DNA of 64,000 nucleotides from an uncultured Chloroflexia bacterium (GTDB lineage: Bacteria > Chloroflexota > Chloroflexia > Thermomicrobiales > UBA6265): positions 1 through 64,000 of the forward strand of contig CAVRUC010000002.1 of the NCBI GenBank assembly GCA_963724295.1. The letters run 5' to 3'. The first letter of the stretch is position 1. Each line of letters starts with the position of its first letter. Shown one piece after another: positions 28,790 to 39,348 of this stretch. The notes below the pieces were generated by a model that was not told where the DNA came from, did no database searches, and saw only the letters and a list, made by a program, of their open reading frames with translations. Both the position numbers and the translations under genes were made by a program.

Positions 28790-30790
28790 CTACGCCGGCG
28801 CCGCGTCTTCCGACCCGACGTGCTTTGTCCGACTCCCGGCTAACGACCTCCAACTCATTCCGCCTCCTCGCCGCGCGGTCATCTCCACCGGTTGTCCGCG
28901 CCAGCGGAGATAGAGGAGCGTCAGCCCGGCGATGGCGAAGGGTTGAGCCAGGGCGAAGACGAGCGAGGCCACGCTGTTGGCCGCGTCGACCGGGAAGTGG
29001 AGCAGGATCAGCAGCACCAGTCCGACGATGACCCCCGGCGCGGCGCCGATAAAGGCAAACACCGCGCCGGTCGCCGCCGCCTGCCACCACCGGCCGCGTA
29101 CAGCCGCTGTGGAGTCGTCGAGTGCAGCCTTGCCACGGATTCCCCCCAGAATTGCCGCCTGCGCCCCGAACATCCAGCGCACGGAGCGGTTGATGGCCCA
29201 GGGCAGACCGATGATCGTGAACGTCAGGACGAGAACGACCAGACCGCCCCGCGCCAGGGTCCAGACCAGATCGGGGATCCGGGCGAAGCCCTGGCGGAAG
29301 GCGCGACGTACCCCCGGCGGTCTTCCCTCCACGATGTCTCCTACCGCCTGCACGATCGCCGGGGTCACGACGACGAGGAGCAACCCTCGCGTCAGCAATG
29401 AGACCGCACCGAGAATGCTCTGCAGTACCGGGCTGTCCTCTGACAACCCGGTGAGCGCCACGAAATCCGGGCTCGTTGCCAGGAGGTACTGGACAGCGCT
29501 AACGGCTAGGGTCGCTGGAAGCAAGATGCCACCAATTCCCGCGAAGACCCGGAAGTTCGGCCAAAAGACTCCCCAGGTTTCGCGCAATGCCTGCCAGCTC
29601 TGGCGGAGCGCCCAGAACACGATGCCGAGACCGGCGGCAACGATGCCGATGATCAGGAACGGATAAGGGGTAAAGAGCGTGAACAATCTCGAGCCGTTCT
29701 CGACGGCGTCGCAGAAGATATCGCTGGGCGCGGGACCGATGACTCCGGCGGCGTTGACCCGGATCGAATCGGCGCGAAGACCCTCCATCCAGCTCACCGG
29801 AGCCGACCACTGCCGCTTGAAGGCGGGCCCGGTCGGACCGTCATAGACCCAGGTTTCGCGTTCACCCCAGTGCCCGTTGAAGGTCACCCAGGCGAAGGGA
29901 TCGTCTTTGCCACTGATCGTCGCCGGAATGAGGCGCACTTCCGGATCGATGCGAACCGGGTCGCCATTGGTGACATCGCAACCGAGCCCCGAACCATCCT
30001 GTCCCCAACCGAGCCACAGACCAGGACCGAAGTACGAGGCATGCGATCCGCTCGAGGCGTAGACGACCGGGCGGGTCCCCTCGCGCTCCAGCTTCGGGGC
30101 GTCCCAATCGGCGGTCTCGCCCCCACTGTGTTGCGCGAAGGCGACCTGAACCGGCTCCTCACCAAGCGCCTCCTCGACGCTGTCCGCGTCAAAGAGGAGC
30201 TGGATCATCTCCCAGTCCCCTTCATGCAGGTTGTTGAAGTCATTGAAGTAATAGAAGAACCAGTACTGCAGCGAGACGCCGGGCTGCTCCTCTTCGGTGA
30301 CGATCGAGGCGTAGACCACTGGCTGGCGATTCCCCATCACCGCTTTGAAGTGCGTCTCGTAGTCGCAGCCGGGAGTGCGCGGTTTGCCCGGGAAGTCGGT
30401 CGCGAAGTCGTCGGGGAGGGCGAAGAGGTCGGCATTCTCGACCGGGCTCGTCACCGGCTCCTGTTGCGGTCCCTGACGCAGGACCACCTCGTCATCGGCG
30501 AAGACCACGTCGACGGGCGCCGGCAGGTACGGCTCTCCCTCGCTATCGCAGGGGAAATCCTGGCGCTGCAGGATGATGATCGGGGCGAACCGGGCCGCAA
30601 GCTCCTGCTCCAGTGTCACCCCTTGTCGGGCGAGGGTGTCTCCATGTCCGGCGAGCAGCGCAACCAGGCAGAACACGAGTACCGCGGCGCGACGAAACGC
30701 GGACGAAGTGGGGAGGCGGGTTGATGAGGCACCGTTATGGACGGCTGCGCTTCTTGCGCGCGGCGCCCTCATTCCACGATCACCTTGCAT
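28790..30790 (-). CDS. Membrane protein with extracellular Vps62/NPP1-like domain and C-terminal multi-TM domain
   Basis: Signal peptide, LAARFAP, LQYWFFYYFNDFNNLHEGDWE, PVVYASSGSHASYF and WGE..GPTGP, then about 6 hydrophobic segments. Confidence 0.75.
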   Translation of the reverse strand: MQGDRGMRAPRARSAAVHNGASSTRLPTSSAFRRAAVLVFCLVALLAGHGDTLARQGVTLEQELAARFAPIIILQRQDFPCDSEGEPYLPAPVDVVFADDEVVLRQGPQQEPVTSPVENADLFALPDDFATDFPGKPRTPGCDYETHFKAVMGNRQPVVYASIVTEEEQPGVSLQYWFFYYFNDFNNLHEGDWEMIQLLFDADSVEEALGEEPVQVAFAQHSGGETADWDAPKLEREGTRPVVYASSGSHASYFGPGLWLGWGQDGSGLGCDVTNGDPVRIDPEVRLIPATISGKDDPFAWVTFNGHWGERETWVYDGPTGPAFKRQWSAPVSWMEGLRADSIRVNAAGVIGPAPSDIFCDAVENGSRLFTLFTPYPFLIIGIVAAGLGIVFWALRQSWQALRETWGVFWPNFRVFAGIGGILLPATLAVSAVQYLLATSPDFVALTGLSEDSPVLQSILGAVSLLTRGLLLVVVTPAIVQAVGDIVEGRPPGVRRAFRQGFARIPDLVWTLARGGLVVLVLTFTIIGLPWAINRSVRWMFGAQAAILGGIRGKAALDDSTAAVRGRWWQAAATGAVFAFIGAAPGVIVGLVLLILLHFPVDAANSVASLVFALAQPFAIAGLTLLYLRWRGQPVEMTARRGGGMSWRSLAGSRTKHVGSEDAAPA

Positions 30791-31013
30791 CTCCCCTCGT
30801 TGACTTCTCCGCGTGTTGACTCGCGCTGGAGGGTATGAGGACATGGAACATCTACCCTAGCTTAGCGTGAGTTGCTCATAGTGTTGGCGATGGGCGGGCG
30901 ATTGCGCGCAGGCCGGAGTGTTACAGGAACCACTCGCTGTCAGTCACCGGCGCGGTGGGTGCGGCACCCAGCCGGGTCTGTGTGGTGACGCCAGGCTCGT
31001 GCAGCGCGAGCGG

Positions 31014-31097
31014 TCACCCTGGCGGGTCGTGCCCGACGAGTTCGTCCACCGCCTCCCGGATGAGATCGGCATGACCGTTGTGCCGCGCCTACTCCTC
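31014..31097 (-). pseudogene. C-terminal fragment of a DinB/DUF664 family gene
   Basis: EE*ARHNGHADLIREAVDELVGHDPPG, where the canonical motif is EEYARHNGHADLLRE. Confidence 0.65.
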
Positions 31098-31203
31098 GCT
31101 CGCCCACCCGCGGGAACGTTGCACAACGGACAATGGACCTGCCAGTTGAAAAACGTGGGCCAGCCGATAGGATGCGACGAGCGTAGGATCCACGCGTTCA
31201 TCC

Positions 31204-32439
31204 ATGAGGTCGCTGATGGCGGTCGTACCGGCTGCGGCGAGTCGAATGCAGCGGCTGGCGCCGCCCCTGAGCATGGCCGTGCCGCTGGCGATCATTGTCG
31301 TCGCGGTGCTGGCCATCCCGCTGGCGACCGCCCAGGCCCTTGATTTCACACCAGACCAGACGGGCGCCTGGCTGTTTGCCCTCTACGCCGTTCCGGGTCT
31401 GCTGAGCCTGCTCCTGACTCGCCTCTACCATCAGCCTCTGTTCTTCGGCTGGAACGGCTTCGTCATCGCCTTCTTCGCCTCTCTTGCCGGTCAGGTGCGC
31501 TATACAGACCTCCTCGGCGCGACACTGGTCGGCGGCGCGGTCGTGGCGCTGCTGGGGGCGCTCGGTCTGACCAGTCGGGTTGCGGCGCTCGTGCCGGGAC
31601 CCGTGGTCTTCGCCGTGGTTGCTGCCAGCGTGCTGCCCTTCGTCGTCGAGGTTTTTGATGGCGTGGGACAGGAGCCGGTCGTCATCGCTGGGACGTTCCT
31701 GGCCTATGTGCTCGGGCGCCGGTTCCTCGACGCCCGGATCCCTCCGATCCTGCCGGCGCTGGTGGCCGGTCTCGTCCTGACGGGGGTGACCGGCCGGTTC
31801 GGGACATTCCCTGATGCGTGGTCAGCCCCGCCACTCGTGCCCACCATGCCGACCTTCGCGCTGCCGGCGATCCTGACCGTGGTCCCGATCTTTGTCGCCC
31901 TGATCGCGTTCCAGGCGAACCTGACGGCGGTGGTCTATCTGCGGAGCCAGGGCTACCAGCCACCGGAACGGCTCATAGAACTTGCCAGCGGTCTGGGATC
32001 AATGGCCAGCGCCGTCCTCGGCCCGGTGCCGATCTGCATGATTTCAGTGCTCACGCCGCTGACCGCCGGCCCGGAGGCGGGCGGGCGCGAGGTGCGCCAC
32101 TGGTCGGTCTATGCCGTCGGCACGATCCTCATCGTCATCGCGCTCGGGGCGGGCATCGCGGCGCGCCTGCCGTCCTTCCTCCCGCTCCCGCTGTTGTTCG
32201 CCCTAGCGGGGCTTGCCCTCGTCGGGGTGCTGGCCCAGGCTCTCGGTGAGATGGTCCGCGGCCCGCTCCTGCTGGGACCGCTGTTCGCGTTCGTGGCCGG
32301 GTCCTCGCAACTGACGCTCTTCGGGCTGGGCCCGCTCTTCTGGGCGCTGGTCATCGGCACGGGCGTCTCGCTGGTGCTCGAAGCCGAGGCCCTGCGCAAG
32401 CTCCGAGCGACCGCGGAGGTCGGCGCTGGCGAGGAGTAG
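31204..32439 (+). CDS. Benzoate/H+ symporter BenE family transporter
   Basis: Highly hydrophobic with about 11-12 TM segments; QANLTAVVYLRSQGYQPP, ALAGLALVGVL and LFGLGPLFWALVIG. Confidence 0.85.
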   Translation: MRSLMAVVPAAASRMQRLAPPLSMAVPLAIIVVAVLAIPLATAQALDFTPDQTGAWLFALYAVPGLLSLLLTRLYHQPLFFGWNGFVIAFFASLAGQVRYTDLLGATLVGGAVVALLGALGLTSRVAALVPGPVVFAVVAASVLPFVVEVFDGVGQEPVVIAGTFLAYVLGRRFLDARIPPILPALVAGLVLTGVTGRFGTFPDAWSAPPLVPTMPTFALPAILTVVPIFVALIAFQANLTAVVYLRSQGYQPPERLIELASGLGSMASAVLGPVPICMISVLTPLTAGPEAGGREVRHWSVYAVGTILIVIALGAGIAARLPSFLPLPLLFALAGLALVGVLAQALGEMVRGPLLLGPLFAFVAGSSQLTLFGLGPLFWALVIGTGVSLVLEAEALRKLRATAEVGAGEE

Positions 32440-32576
32440 ACGGCTCGTCCCGTCGATCTTGGGCGGGCGAATCACGGTCACCTCATGAGCGTGGTAGCCA
32501 GGCGCGACTTCGCGCGCCTGACTGCCGGCAGCTTGACCCACGCTTGCCTGCCTCGGGAGTGGTAGCGTGGGGAGCG

Positions 32577-33395
32577 CTACCGTTCAATCACCACGATGTG
32601 AGCCTGAATCTTCCCGTCCACGGTTCCCGAGCCGAACTGATGCGCAATTGCGGACGTCGCGACGTCGGTGGCCTCGATCAGGCGCGAAGGGTCGCGCGTC
32701 TCGATCTCGCCGCGAAGCGGTGTGCCCTGGCAATAAGCGACGGCAGGAATGCGCGGTGAGTCAGCCCGGCTGCGCGCGGGCAGCGTGGTGATCTGCGGTG
32801 ACCGCGTGAATTCGCCCCGTGCCAGATCCTGCGTGATGACGGACGGGTCGTGGTAACCGTGCGGAATCCGTGCCAGGAACCGGGGGGGATCGTCGGGGAA
32901 AAGCGTCCCTACCGCTCGGGTCACCGTGTCGGCGAATTCATTCTGGTCGATCCGGTCCCATACATTGAAGATGAATTGGCCGCCGGAACGAAGCACCCGC
33001 CTCGCTTCCACGAATGCCCTTGCTTTGTCAGGGAAGAACATGACCCCAAACTGGCAGACGACCACGTCAAAAGTCTTATCGGGAAACGGCAAGTGCAGCG
33101 CATCGGCTTGACGCCACTCCACCGGACGAGCGGTCCCTTCGGCAGCAGCCTGATCCAGCATCGCTTGGTTTAGATCCGTAGCGACAATCGAGGCCTCCGA
33201 GGGTAGCGTTTTCGCAAGCTGGCGGGTCACGACACCCGTCCCGGCGGCGATCTCCAGCACACGTGAGGGGTGTCGCCGCTCCGTGCGGAGAGCGAGATCA
33301 GCCGCGTAGGGCTCGAAGATGAGCGGCACCAAATACCGTTCATAGACCTGGGGAATGGAGCCAGCGAAGGCGGTGTCGGTGCCAAGAGATTTCAT
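32577..33395 (-). CDS. Class I SAM-dependent methyltransferase (UbiE-like)
   Basis: VLEIAAGTG, TDLNQAM and ADALHLPFPDKTFDVVVCQFGVMFF. Confidence 0.92.
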   Translation of the reverse strand: MKSLGTDTAFAGSIPQVYERYLVPLIFEPYAADLALRTERRHPSRVLEIAAGTGVVTRQLAKTLPSEASIVATDLNQAMLDQAAAEGTARPVEWRQADALHLPFPDKTFDVVVCQFGVMFFPDKARAFVEARRVLRSGGQFIFNVWDRIDQNEFADTVTRAVGTLFPDDPPRFLARIPHGYHDPSVITQDLARGEFTRSPQITTLPARSRADSPRIPAVAYCQGTPLRGEIETRDPSRLIEATDVATSAIAHQFGSGTVDGKIQAHIVVIER

Positions 33396-33734
33396 TCCTC
33401 GTCTCCTTTTGAGACTGCGCTATCGATCACTGAACCGACGCTGATTCGACGCCGCGTGGATGACACGGACAGATATCCGCCTGCCTCGTCCTGTGAACGG
33501 TCAGCGCATTCGCGACGGCGGCGACTCGTGCGCGAATCGCGCACCCGCCCTGTCTACCGTCTACTCCAGACAGGGCAAGCGGCAGATTACCCTTCGAAGC
33601 CCATCCGAGTCGGGTGCGAATGCCCGGAACGATCACGCAGTAGTGACCGCTCATTGCGTCTCCATCGTGGAGGACAACTGGCACAATGCCGGCAACGACC
33701 CGAGGCCGATCGTCAGACGCTCACGGACGGAACC

Positions 33735-34560
33735 ATGTTCACCCGGTCAGCGGACCTCTACGACGTCATCTACGGCCAGCGCTTCGATGCCGCCGCGGCC
33801 GCCGAGACGGTGCACGCGCTGGTGCAAGCGCACACCCGGGGAGCGGCGCGGACCCTCCTCGAGGTAGCCTGCGGCACCGGGACCTACCTATCGCACCTGC
33901 AGCGCTCACTACGCGCTGGAGGGGCTCGATCTCGACCCCGGCATGCTCGCGGTCGCTCGCCGCAAACTGCCAGAGGTGCCGTTGCATGAGGCGGATCTGG
34001 TCGACTTCGATCTCGGTCGCCGCTTCGACGCGGTGCTCTGCCTGGGGAGCGCGATCGGCTACGTCGCCACCGCGGAACGCCTGCACCAGGCTCTTGCCAC
34101 GCTCGCCCGCCATACAGCGCCCGGCGGGGTGGTCGTCGTCGAGCCGTGGTTCACGCCGGAGGTCTGGGAGAGCGGTCGGCTGACCGCTGATCTGGTCGAC
34201 CAGCCTGCACTCAAGATCGCCCGTGTCCTCCTGAGTGGGCGGGAGGGGGATGCCTCGACACTCGATATCCACTACCTGGTCGGTCGCCCCGAGGGCGTCG
34301 AGTCCTTTACCGAGCAGCACCGCCTGGGTCTCTTCTCGCATGACGCGTACATGACGGCATTTCGCGCCGCGGCACTCGAGGTGACCCACGATCCGGTCGG
34401 TCTGCTCGGACGCGGTCTCTACATCGGTGTCCGACCGGCAGCTGCCGATCAGGTCGGAGTCACGGCGCGTGAGGACGACGCTCGCTCCAAACATCCTAAG
34501 ATTGCTTCTCGTGTCTGGCAGAGATCGTCCGCGCGTCACGACCGAACGGTTGAATCGAAC
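33735..34560 (+). CDS. Class I SAM methyltransferase, TylM1/DesVI-like (frameshift near 33905; 3' end uncertain)
   Basis: MFTRSADLYDVIYG..LLEVACGTG, then a frame change to HYALEGLDLDPGML..FDAVLCLGSAIGY..VVEPWFTPE. No stop codon before the next gene. Confidence 0.75.
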
Positions 34561-35304
34561 ATGTGTTGGATAGCGGTCCTCTTTCGCGTAAATGCGCACT
34601 ATCCCCTGATCGTGGCGGCAAACCGGGAGGAGTCACGGATACGACCCTCCCGGGCGCCATTTCAGTGGGCTGGAAGCCCGGCCGTCTGGGCGGGTCGCGA
34701 CGAGCTCGCCGGAGGCACCTGGCTGGGAGTCAATGCGGCGGGGCTCGTGGCCGCCGTCACCAACCGGCCACTTGCGGCTGACAGCCGCGATGCCACCCTG
34801 CGCTCTCGTGGTCTGCTCTGCCTCGACACCCTGCGCTGTGATTCACCAGGGTCCGCGCGTTCGTTCTTCGTCGACGAGCTCTCCCGTCGACGATACAACC
34901 CATTCAATCTGCTCTGCGTGAACCACGTTGCGGGGTGGGTTGGCACCTGGCAAGGAGAGATCCGCGACCTCGAGCCCGGGATCCACGTCGTCAGCAACTT
35001 TGGCGACGTCGACGACGACACGCTGCCCATCGTGCGCGAGGCGCGGCACAGGATTGCATCATTGGACCTCGCGTCACCGGTCATCGATGAGCTTTTTGGC
35101 AGTCTGGCGAGGGTGTGTGCACTGACGGACGAACCGTGCCCGCTTTGCCACACCGGCGGCGACTACGGGACCGTATCGTCGAGCCTGGTCGCGGTCAACG
35201 CCGACGGATCGGTTGCCGCCTATTGGCATGCTCCGGGTCCGCCGAGTCAGGTTGCGTTTTCCCCGGTCGCCCTGTCGTCAGCGCGGCGCCAGCCTCGGCC
35301 TTGA
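34561..35304 (+). CDS. NRDE/TANGO2 family protein
   Basis: MCWIAV..LIVAANREE..GRDELAGGTWLGVN..VTN..SRGLL..YNPFNL..YGTVSSS. Confidence 0.88.
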   Translation: MCWIAVLFRVNAHYPLIVAANREESRIRPSRAPFQWAGSPAVWAGRDELAGGTWLGVNAAGLVAAVTNRPLAADSRDATLRSRGLLCLDTLRCDSPGSARSFFVDELSRRRYNPFNLLCVNHVAGWVGTWQGEIRDLEPGIHVVSNFGDVDDDTLPIVREARHRIASLDLASPVIDELFGSLARVCALTDEPCPLCHTGGDYGTVSSSLVAVNADGSVAAYWHAPGPPSQVAFSPVALSSARRQPRP

Positions 35305-35376
35305 GCTGAGTCCGATGCAGCCGTCAACCGAGTCGATGAGTGTCCGGCTTCGATGACCAGAACCACTACTTCCTGA

Positions 35377-36312
35377 CTACGGTGGTGGAGTTCCGACCAG
35401 AGGGGTGGCGGAGACAGCCCAGAGGCTTGGGTCGCGCGCTGCCGCGATCAGTTGACGAATGGCCGTCACGGCCTCCGGGTTGTAGAACAGCTCATGCCCG
35501 GCGTCTACCGCCGTGTAGACGCCGAGTGGCCACTCCGCGGCAACCCCCGCCATGACCGCCTCGTACACGCCATGCGTGCGTCCGCAGATGTCGTCGGCAC
35601 GTTCACACTCGGCGGAGGTGGAGGTCAGCACCAGAAACGGCACATCCGGCGCTGGGCCGGCCGCATCGAGCTGGGCGAACGACGCGTTCCAGTCGAACTC
35701 CTCGGTGCCCTCTCCACCCGCGTAGTACGCCAGTTCCTCGGTCCGCTCCTGCTCGGTCATCAGCGGAGCGGACTCATCCAGCCACGGATCGACGGGTGGC
35801 ACCGCGTTCATGGCGACCACGCCAGCCACGTCGTCAGGATGCGTGCGGGCAAAAAGTTGCACGAACATTCCGCCGGCCGATTGCCCCACCAGCACGTAGG
35901 GACCGGGGACATCGGCCGCCTCGAGCAAGGCATGCAAGTCGGTCACCTCATCGGCCGCAGAGCGAGGAGCCGTGGCGGACATCACCGGTGGGTCGCTCTG
36001 CCCCATCCCGGCCCGATCGTACGTGCAGACGCGTGTATCGCGACTCAGCTCGCGTTTCAGCGGCGCCATATCGGCGCTGGCGCCCCATTGCCCGTGATCG
36101 ATGATGACCGTGGGAGCACCCTCGCCTCTGCAGCTGATGAACAGCGCGCGGCCGCCGATGTCGATTGTTCCCGCGAACTCGCCCTCGGCGGCAGAAGGCA
36201 TGGGCGACGCGTCAGGTGTCGCCTCTTGCGCGGTGGCGCGAGAAGCGGGCAGGAGCGCCATGGTGCATGCGAGCAGCCAGAGCGTGACAGTCCGCCGGTC
36301 GACGTGTCGCAT
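35377..36312 (-). CDS. Secreted alpha/beta hydrolase
   Basis: SD GGAGG, signal ending ATAQ-EATP, YDRAGMGQSD, GQSAGG and DAGHE. Confidence 0.9.
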   Translation of the reverse strand: MRHVDRRTVTLWLLACTMALLPASRATAQEATPDASPMPSAAEGEFAGTIDIGGRALFISCRGEGAPTVIIDHGQWGASADMAPLKRELSRDTRVCTYDRAGMGQSDPPVMSATAPRSAADEVTDLHALLEAADVPGPYVLVGQSAGGMFVQLFARTHPDDVAGVVAMNAVPPVDPWLDESAPLMTEQERTEELAYYAGGEGTEEFDWNASFAQLDAAGPAPDVPFLVLTSTSAECERADDICGRTHGVYEAVMAGVAAEWPLGVYTAVDAGHELFYNPEAVTAIRQLIAAARDPSLWAVSATPLVGTPPP

Positions 36313-36549
36313 GTCGCCTCCCTCGAAAGGTATCGCGCAGAAGCACGTTTTCGCTGAGTCCGTTCCCACTCTAGCCCCTGATGCTCAAAAGTCAATCGGC
36401 ACTTGGATCGGGTTGAGAACCAGGTGCATGGCGGCGGAAGTTGTCAGTAGCGCTGCCATTGCCCATTCCCTCCCTACCTGCGATCCTTTGCCTGTGGCTT
36501 CTCAGCCTTTGACTACCCCTTTGCCAGGGGGGCGGTCAAGGCGTTCGGC

Positions 36550-37347
36550 ATGGCCATACCGATCGCGATCCTGGGTGGCCTGATCGGTCTCGGCGGCGCC
36601 GAGTTTCGGCTCCCGGTCCTCGTTGGTCCGCTCCGCTATTCCCCATGCCAGGCCGTACCGCTGAACCTGGCGGTCAGCATCATCACCATCGCGGCAGCGC
36701 TGGTCATCCGCTCGCGCACCCTCTCGTTCGTGCCGGTGGCGCCCTACGCCCCGGCGATCGTCGCTCTCATCACCGGCGCCATGATCGCGGCCTGGGGCGG
36801 AACCGCTCTCTTCAGCCGCCTCAGCGACGCCTGGCTGGAGCGGATGATCCTGGGCCTCCTGCTCGTCATCGGCGTCGCGCTGATCGTCGAGGGGTTCCTC
36901 CCAGGAGGTGCGCCCGCGCTGCTTCCGGCATCATCCATCGTCTGGGTCGTGGCCGGCGTGGCTTTCGGTCTGGCCATCGGACTCGTCAGCAGCCTGCTCG
37001 GCGTGGCCGGGGGGGAAGTCATCATCCCGACCCTCGTCTTCGCCTACGGCGCCGACATCAAGACGGCCGGTACCGCGAGTCTCCTCATCAGTCTGCCTAC
37101 GGTCGCCGTCGGCATTGTCCGCTACGCCCGCCGGGGCGCCTACGCCTCGCGCGCGCTCACGGAAACCGTGGCCCCGATGGGGCTCGGCTCGGTGATTGGC
37201 GCGGTCATCGGTGGTCTCCTGGTGGGATCAGTGCCCGGTTCCGCGCTCAAGGGTGTGCTCGGACTCATCCTTATCGCCTCGGCGTGGCGCACCTTTCGTC
37301 ACAGCCACAAGCCTCTGCCGCGTGCCGCCGACGTTGCCGCGACCTAG
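36550..37347 (+). CDS. Sulfite exporter TauE/SafE family membrane protein (true start possibly 36428 via a G-run frameshift)
   Basis: GGLIGLGGAEFRLPVL and SSLLGVAGGEVIIPTL internal repeat; about 8 TM segments. Confidence 0.88.
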   Translation: MAIPIAILGGLIGLGGAEFRLPVLVGPLRYSPCQAVPLNLAVSIITIAAALVIRSRTLSFVPVAPYAPAIVALITGAMIAAWGGTALFSRLSDAWLERMILGLLLVIGVALIVEGFLPGGAPALLPASSIVWVVAGVAFGLAIGLVSSLLGVAGGEVIIPTLVFAYGADIKTAGTASLLISLPTVAVGIVRYARRGAYASRALTETVAPMGLGSVIGAVIGGLLVGSVPGSALKGVLGLILIASAWRTFRHSHKPLPRAADVAAT

Positions 37348-37377
37348 GCGATGTCCCATCGGCCCGCGACGGCCGCC

Positions 37378-37575
37378 TCACGTGCCACCATCGCTTTCGG
37401 CCACCTCCTCGCGCAGCGTTCGTAGCCGTTCTAGGAGCGGGGCCAACTCGTGCTCAATACCGTTAAGGGTGACCCCGTGATTATCTCTAGGGATCTGCCG
37501 GACGGCCTCCAGCGCCTGCTCGAAGCGCGCGATTGCGTCGTCAATGAGACGCCGTGTACTCGGGGACCGGGTCAT
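37378..37575 (-). CDS. Small hypothetical helical protein
   Basis: SD-like AAAGGG, amphipathic 65 aa, and same orientation as the upstream gene. Confidence 0.5.
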   Translation of the reverse strand: MTRSPSTRRLIDDAIARFEQALEAVRQIPRDNHGVTLNGIEHELAPLLERLRTLREEVAESDGGT

Positions 37576-37670
37576 GAGAGCGCCCTTTCTGCACCAGTAC
37601 TCGGGGTCGTTCGGCCAGTGGCTTCGTCACCGGCCGGCGCCAGGGCGCGGCCCGGATGCCGGACTAGAGC

Positions 37671-38106
37671 TTATGCCGCCTGCTTGTCCTTCTGCAGCTC
37701 GTCGAGCTGGCTCCGAATGGCGTCGAGCTTTGGCCTCGAGCCGCTCGTCGGAATCCTTGCTCTCGGCCGACCCCTCGAAGATGAGGTAGGAGGTCAGGAC
37801 CACGAAGGCCGCCAGTTGCAGGAACTCGCTCATGATGTTCTCGAACGAGCGCGCCAACCACGTCCAGACGTAGCCATCCTCGCCCCAGACCGAGGCCAAC
37901 TCCCCGTGCGCGGCCTGCTCGGCTACGAACTCCTGCCAGCCCGTGAAGAGATGGACCAGCCAGGCGAGTACGAAGAGCGTGGCGATGGCGTAGCCGAGCC
38001 CGCGGCGATGGTCGTGGAAGGCGCGGGACACGACACCCATCACGATGGCGAGTCCAACCAGCGCGAGCACAAACAGCAGGAGCAGATTGCCTACCGGAAC
38101 ATCCAT
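37671..38106 (-). CDS. DUF6766-like membrane protein (frameshift near 37730)
   Basis: SFENIMSEFLQLAAFVVLTSYLIFEGSAESKD. Removing one A gives the tail KLDAIRSQLDELQKDKQAA*. Confidence 0.75.
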
Positions 38107-39348
38107 CGAGCGTCTCTCCCCGGCCCCGTGGGCCTTCCCTCCCAACGATGCCAATCTCACGCCGCACGGCGATGCGGGCAGCGTTCCTCGGGGTTATGGC
38201 GGGATGAGGGGCGTGCCGAGCATTTCATGGCCGCGGGATATTGTCAATCCCCACGCAGCAGCGCCAGGCGACATGAGCGGCACTTACGACCCGTCAGCCA
38301 TCGAAATCCGGATCGGCTCCCGATCCGCTTCGCCCGTCATGCGGCCGTCCTCACCCTTCGCACGGCCCTGCAGCCTGAGCAAGATGTCGGTCATAGCCGT
38401 CTTGGGATCGTCGACGAGGCTGATCTGAACTGCCCCCTCCTCGACCAGCTTGCGTACCGTGATCGAACCGAGCAGGGGATGCTCCCGCAGGATCTCCCCC
38501 CAGGAGACCGACTCCCCGGCCAGCAAGCGGGCGTAGGTCTGGCACGACCAGGATGCTGAGGGGGACGATAGCCGCCGCTCCATCAAGCTGTGCAACGCTC
38601 GTTCCACCGCATCATCACTTCCCCACCGGGGTGGGGTCACGACAGCGTGATGAGAAATTGACACTGGAATGGGCTCCTTGACGATAAGGCGTGCTTCGCT
38701 GCTCACCCGCGTTCGTGTGCTGGAGGCGACGGTCGCCTCCCGGCACGCTGTCCGACCTGCTGCGGAGCTGTGCGGGGATCGAGGGCGACCGGACAGGCGC
38801 GCCGCCGCCGGCTCCAGGGCTGGAAGCCAGATCCAGTACGACGCAAGCGGCTATAGCGGGGACGTAATTGCCGTCCTACGACACTGGTGGCCACGTTCAT
38901 TTCCTCGAGCTCGCTCCGTAATCCGTCACAGACTCCCGCTCCCCGCCAGGAGTCCTGCTCGTACTCAACTAGCCGGGACTATTGCATGAGGTATGCCAGG
39001 TGACAGAAAGTCAATTCGATTCGCTCGTGAATAGTCATACAGTGGGTGAAAAATTCGGTGGGACTGAGGTTGCCTCTGAGAAAATGATCATTCTGAGACG
39101 AGAATGGCTCTTGAGAAATGGATCGATCGCGTACGAATGAGCGATAGCAAAACAGGACCCAGTCCTTCGTGACTTTATGCGGTTCGGTTGCCTGACGCCT
39201 GAGCGTGACGATGGGATCGTTGTCCCCGCGGTCAAGCCAGTCACTCCGCACCAGAGTCGCCCATGACCCGTGGCGTTGGCGGCGCAGCTCCGGCAATGGT
39301 TCTCAAGAGGCGGCGCATGCCGTCGAGGCTCGTCCGGAGATAACCGTC

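Noticed and set aside
38284..38706. 140 aa minus-strand ORF, and likewise the 61 aa ORF at 57450-57635
   Set aside because: No convincing SD, no motif and weak coding signal.
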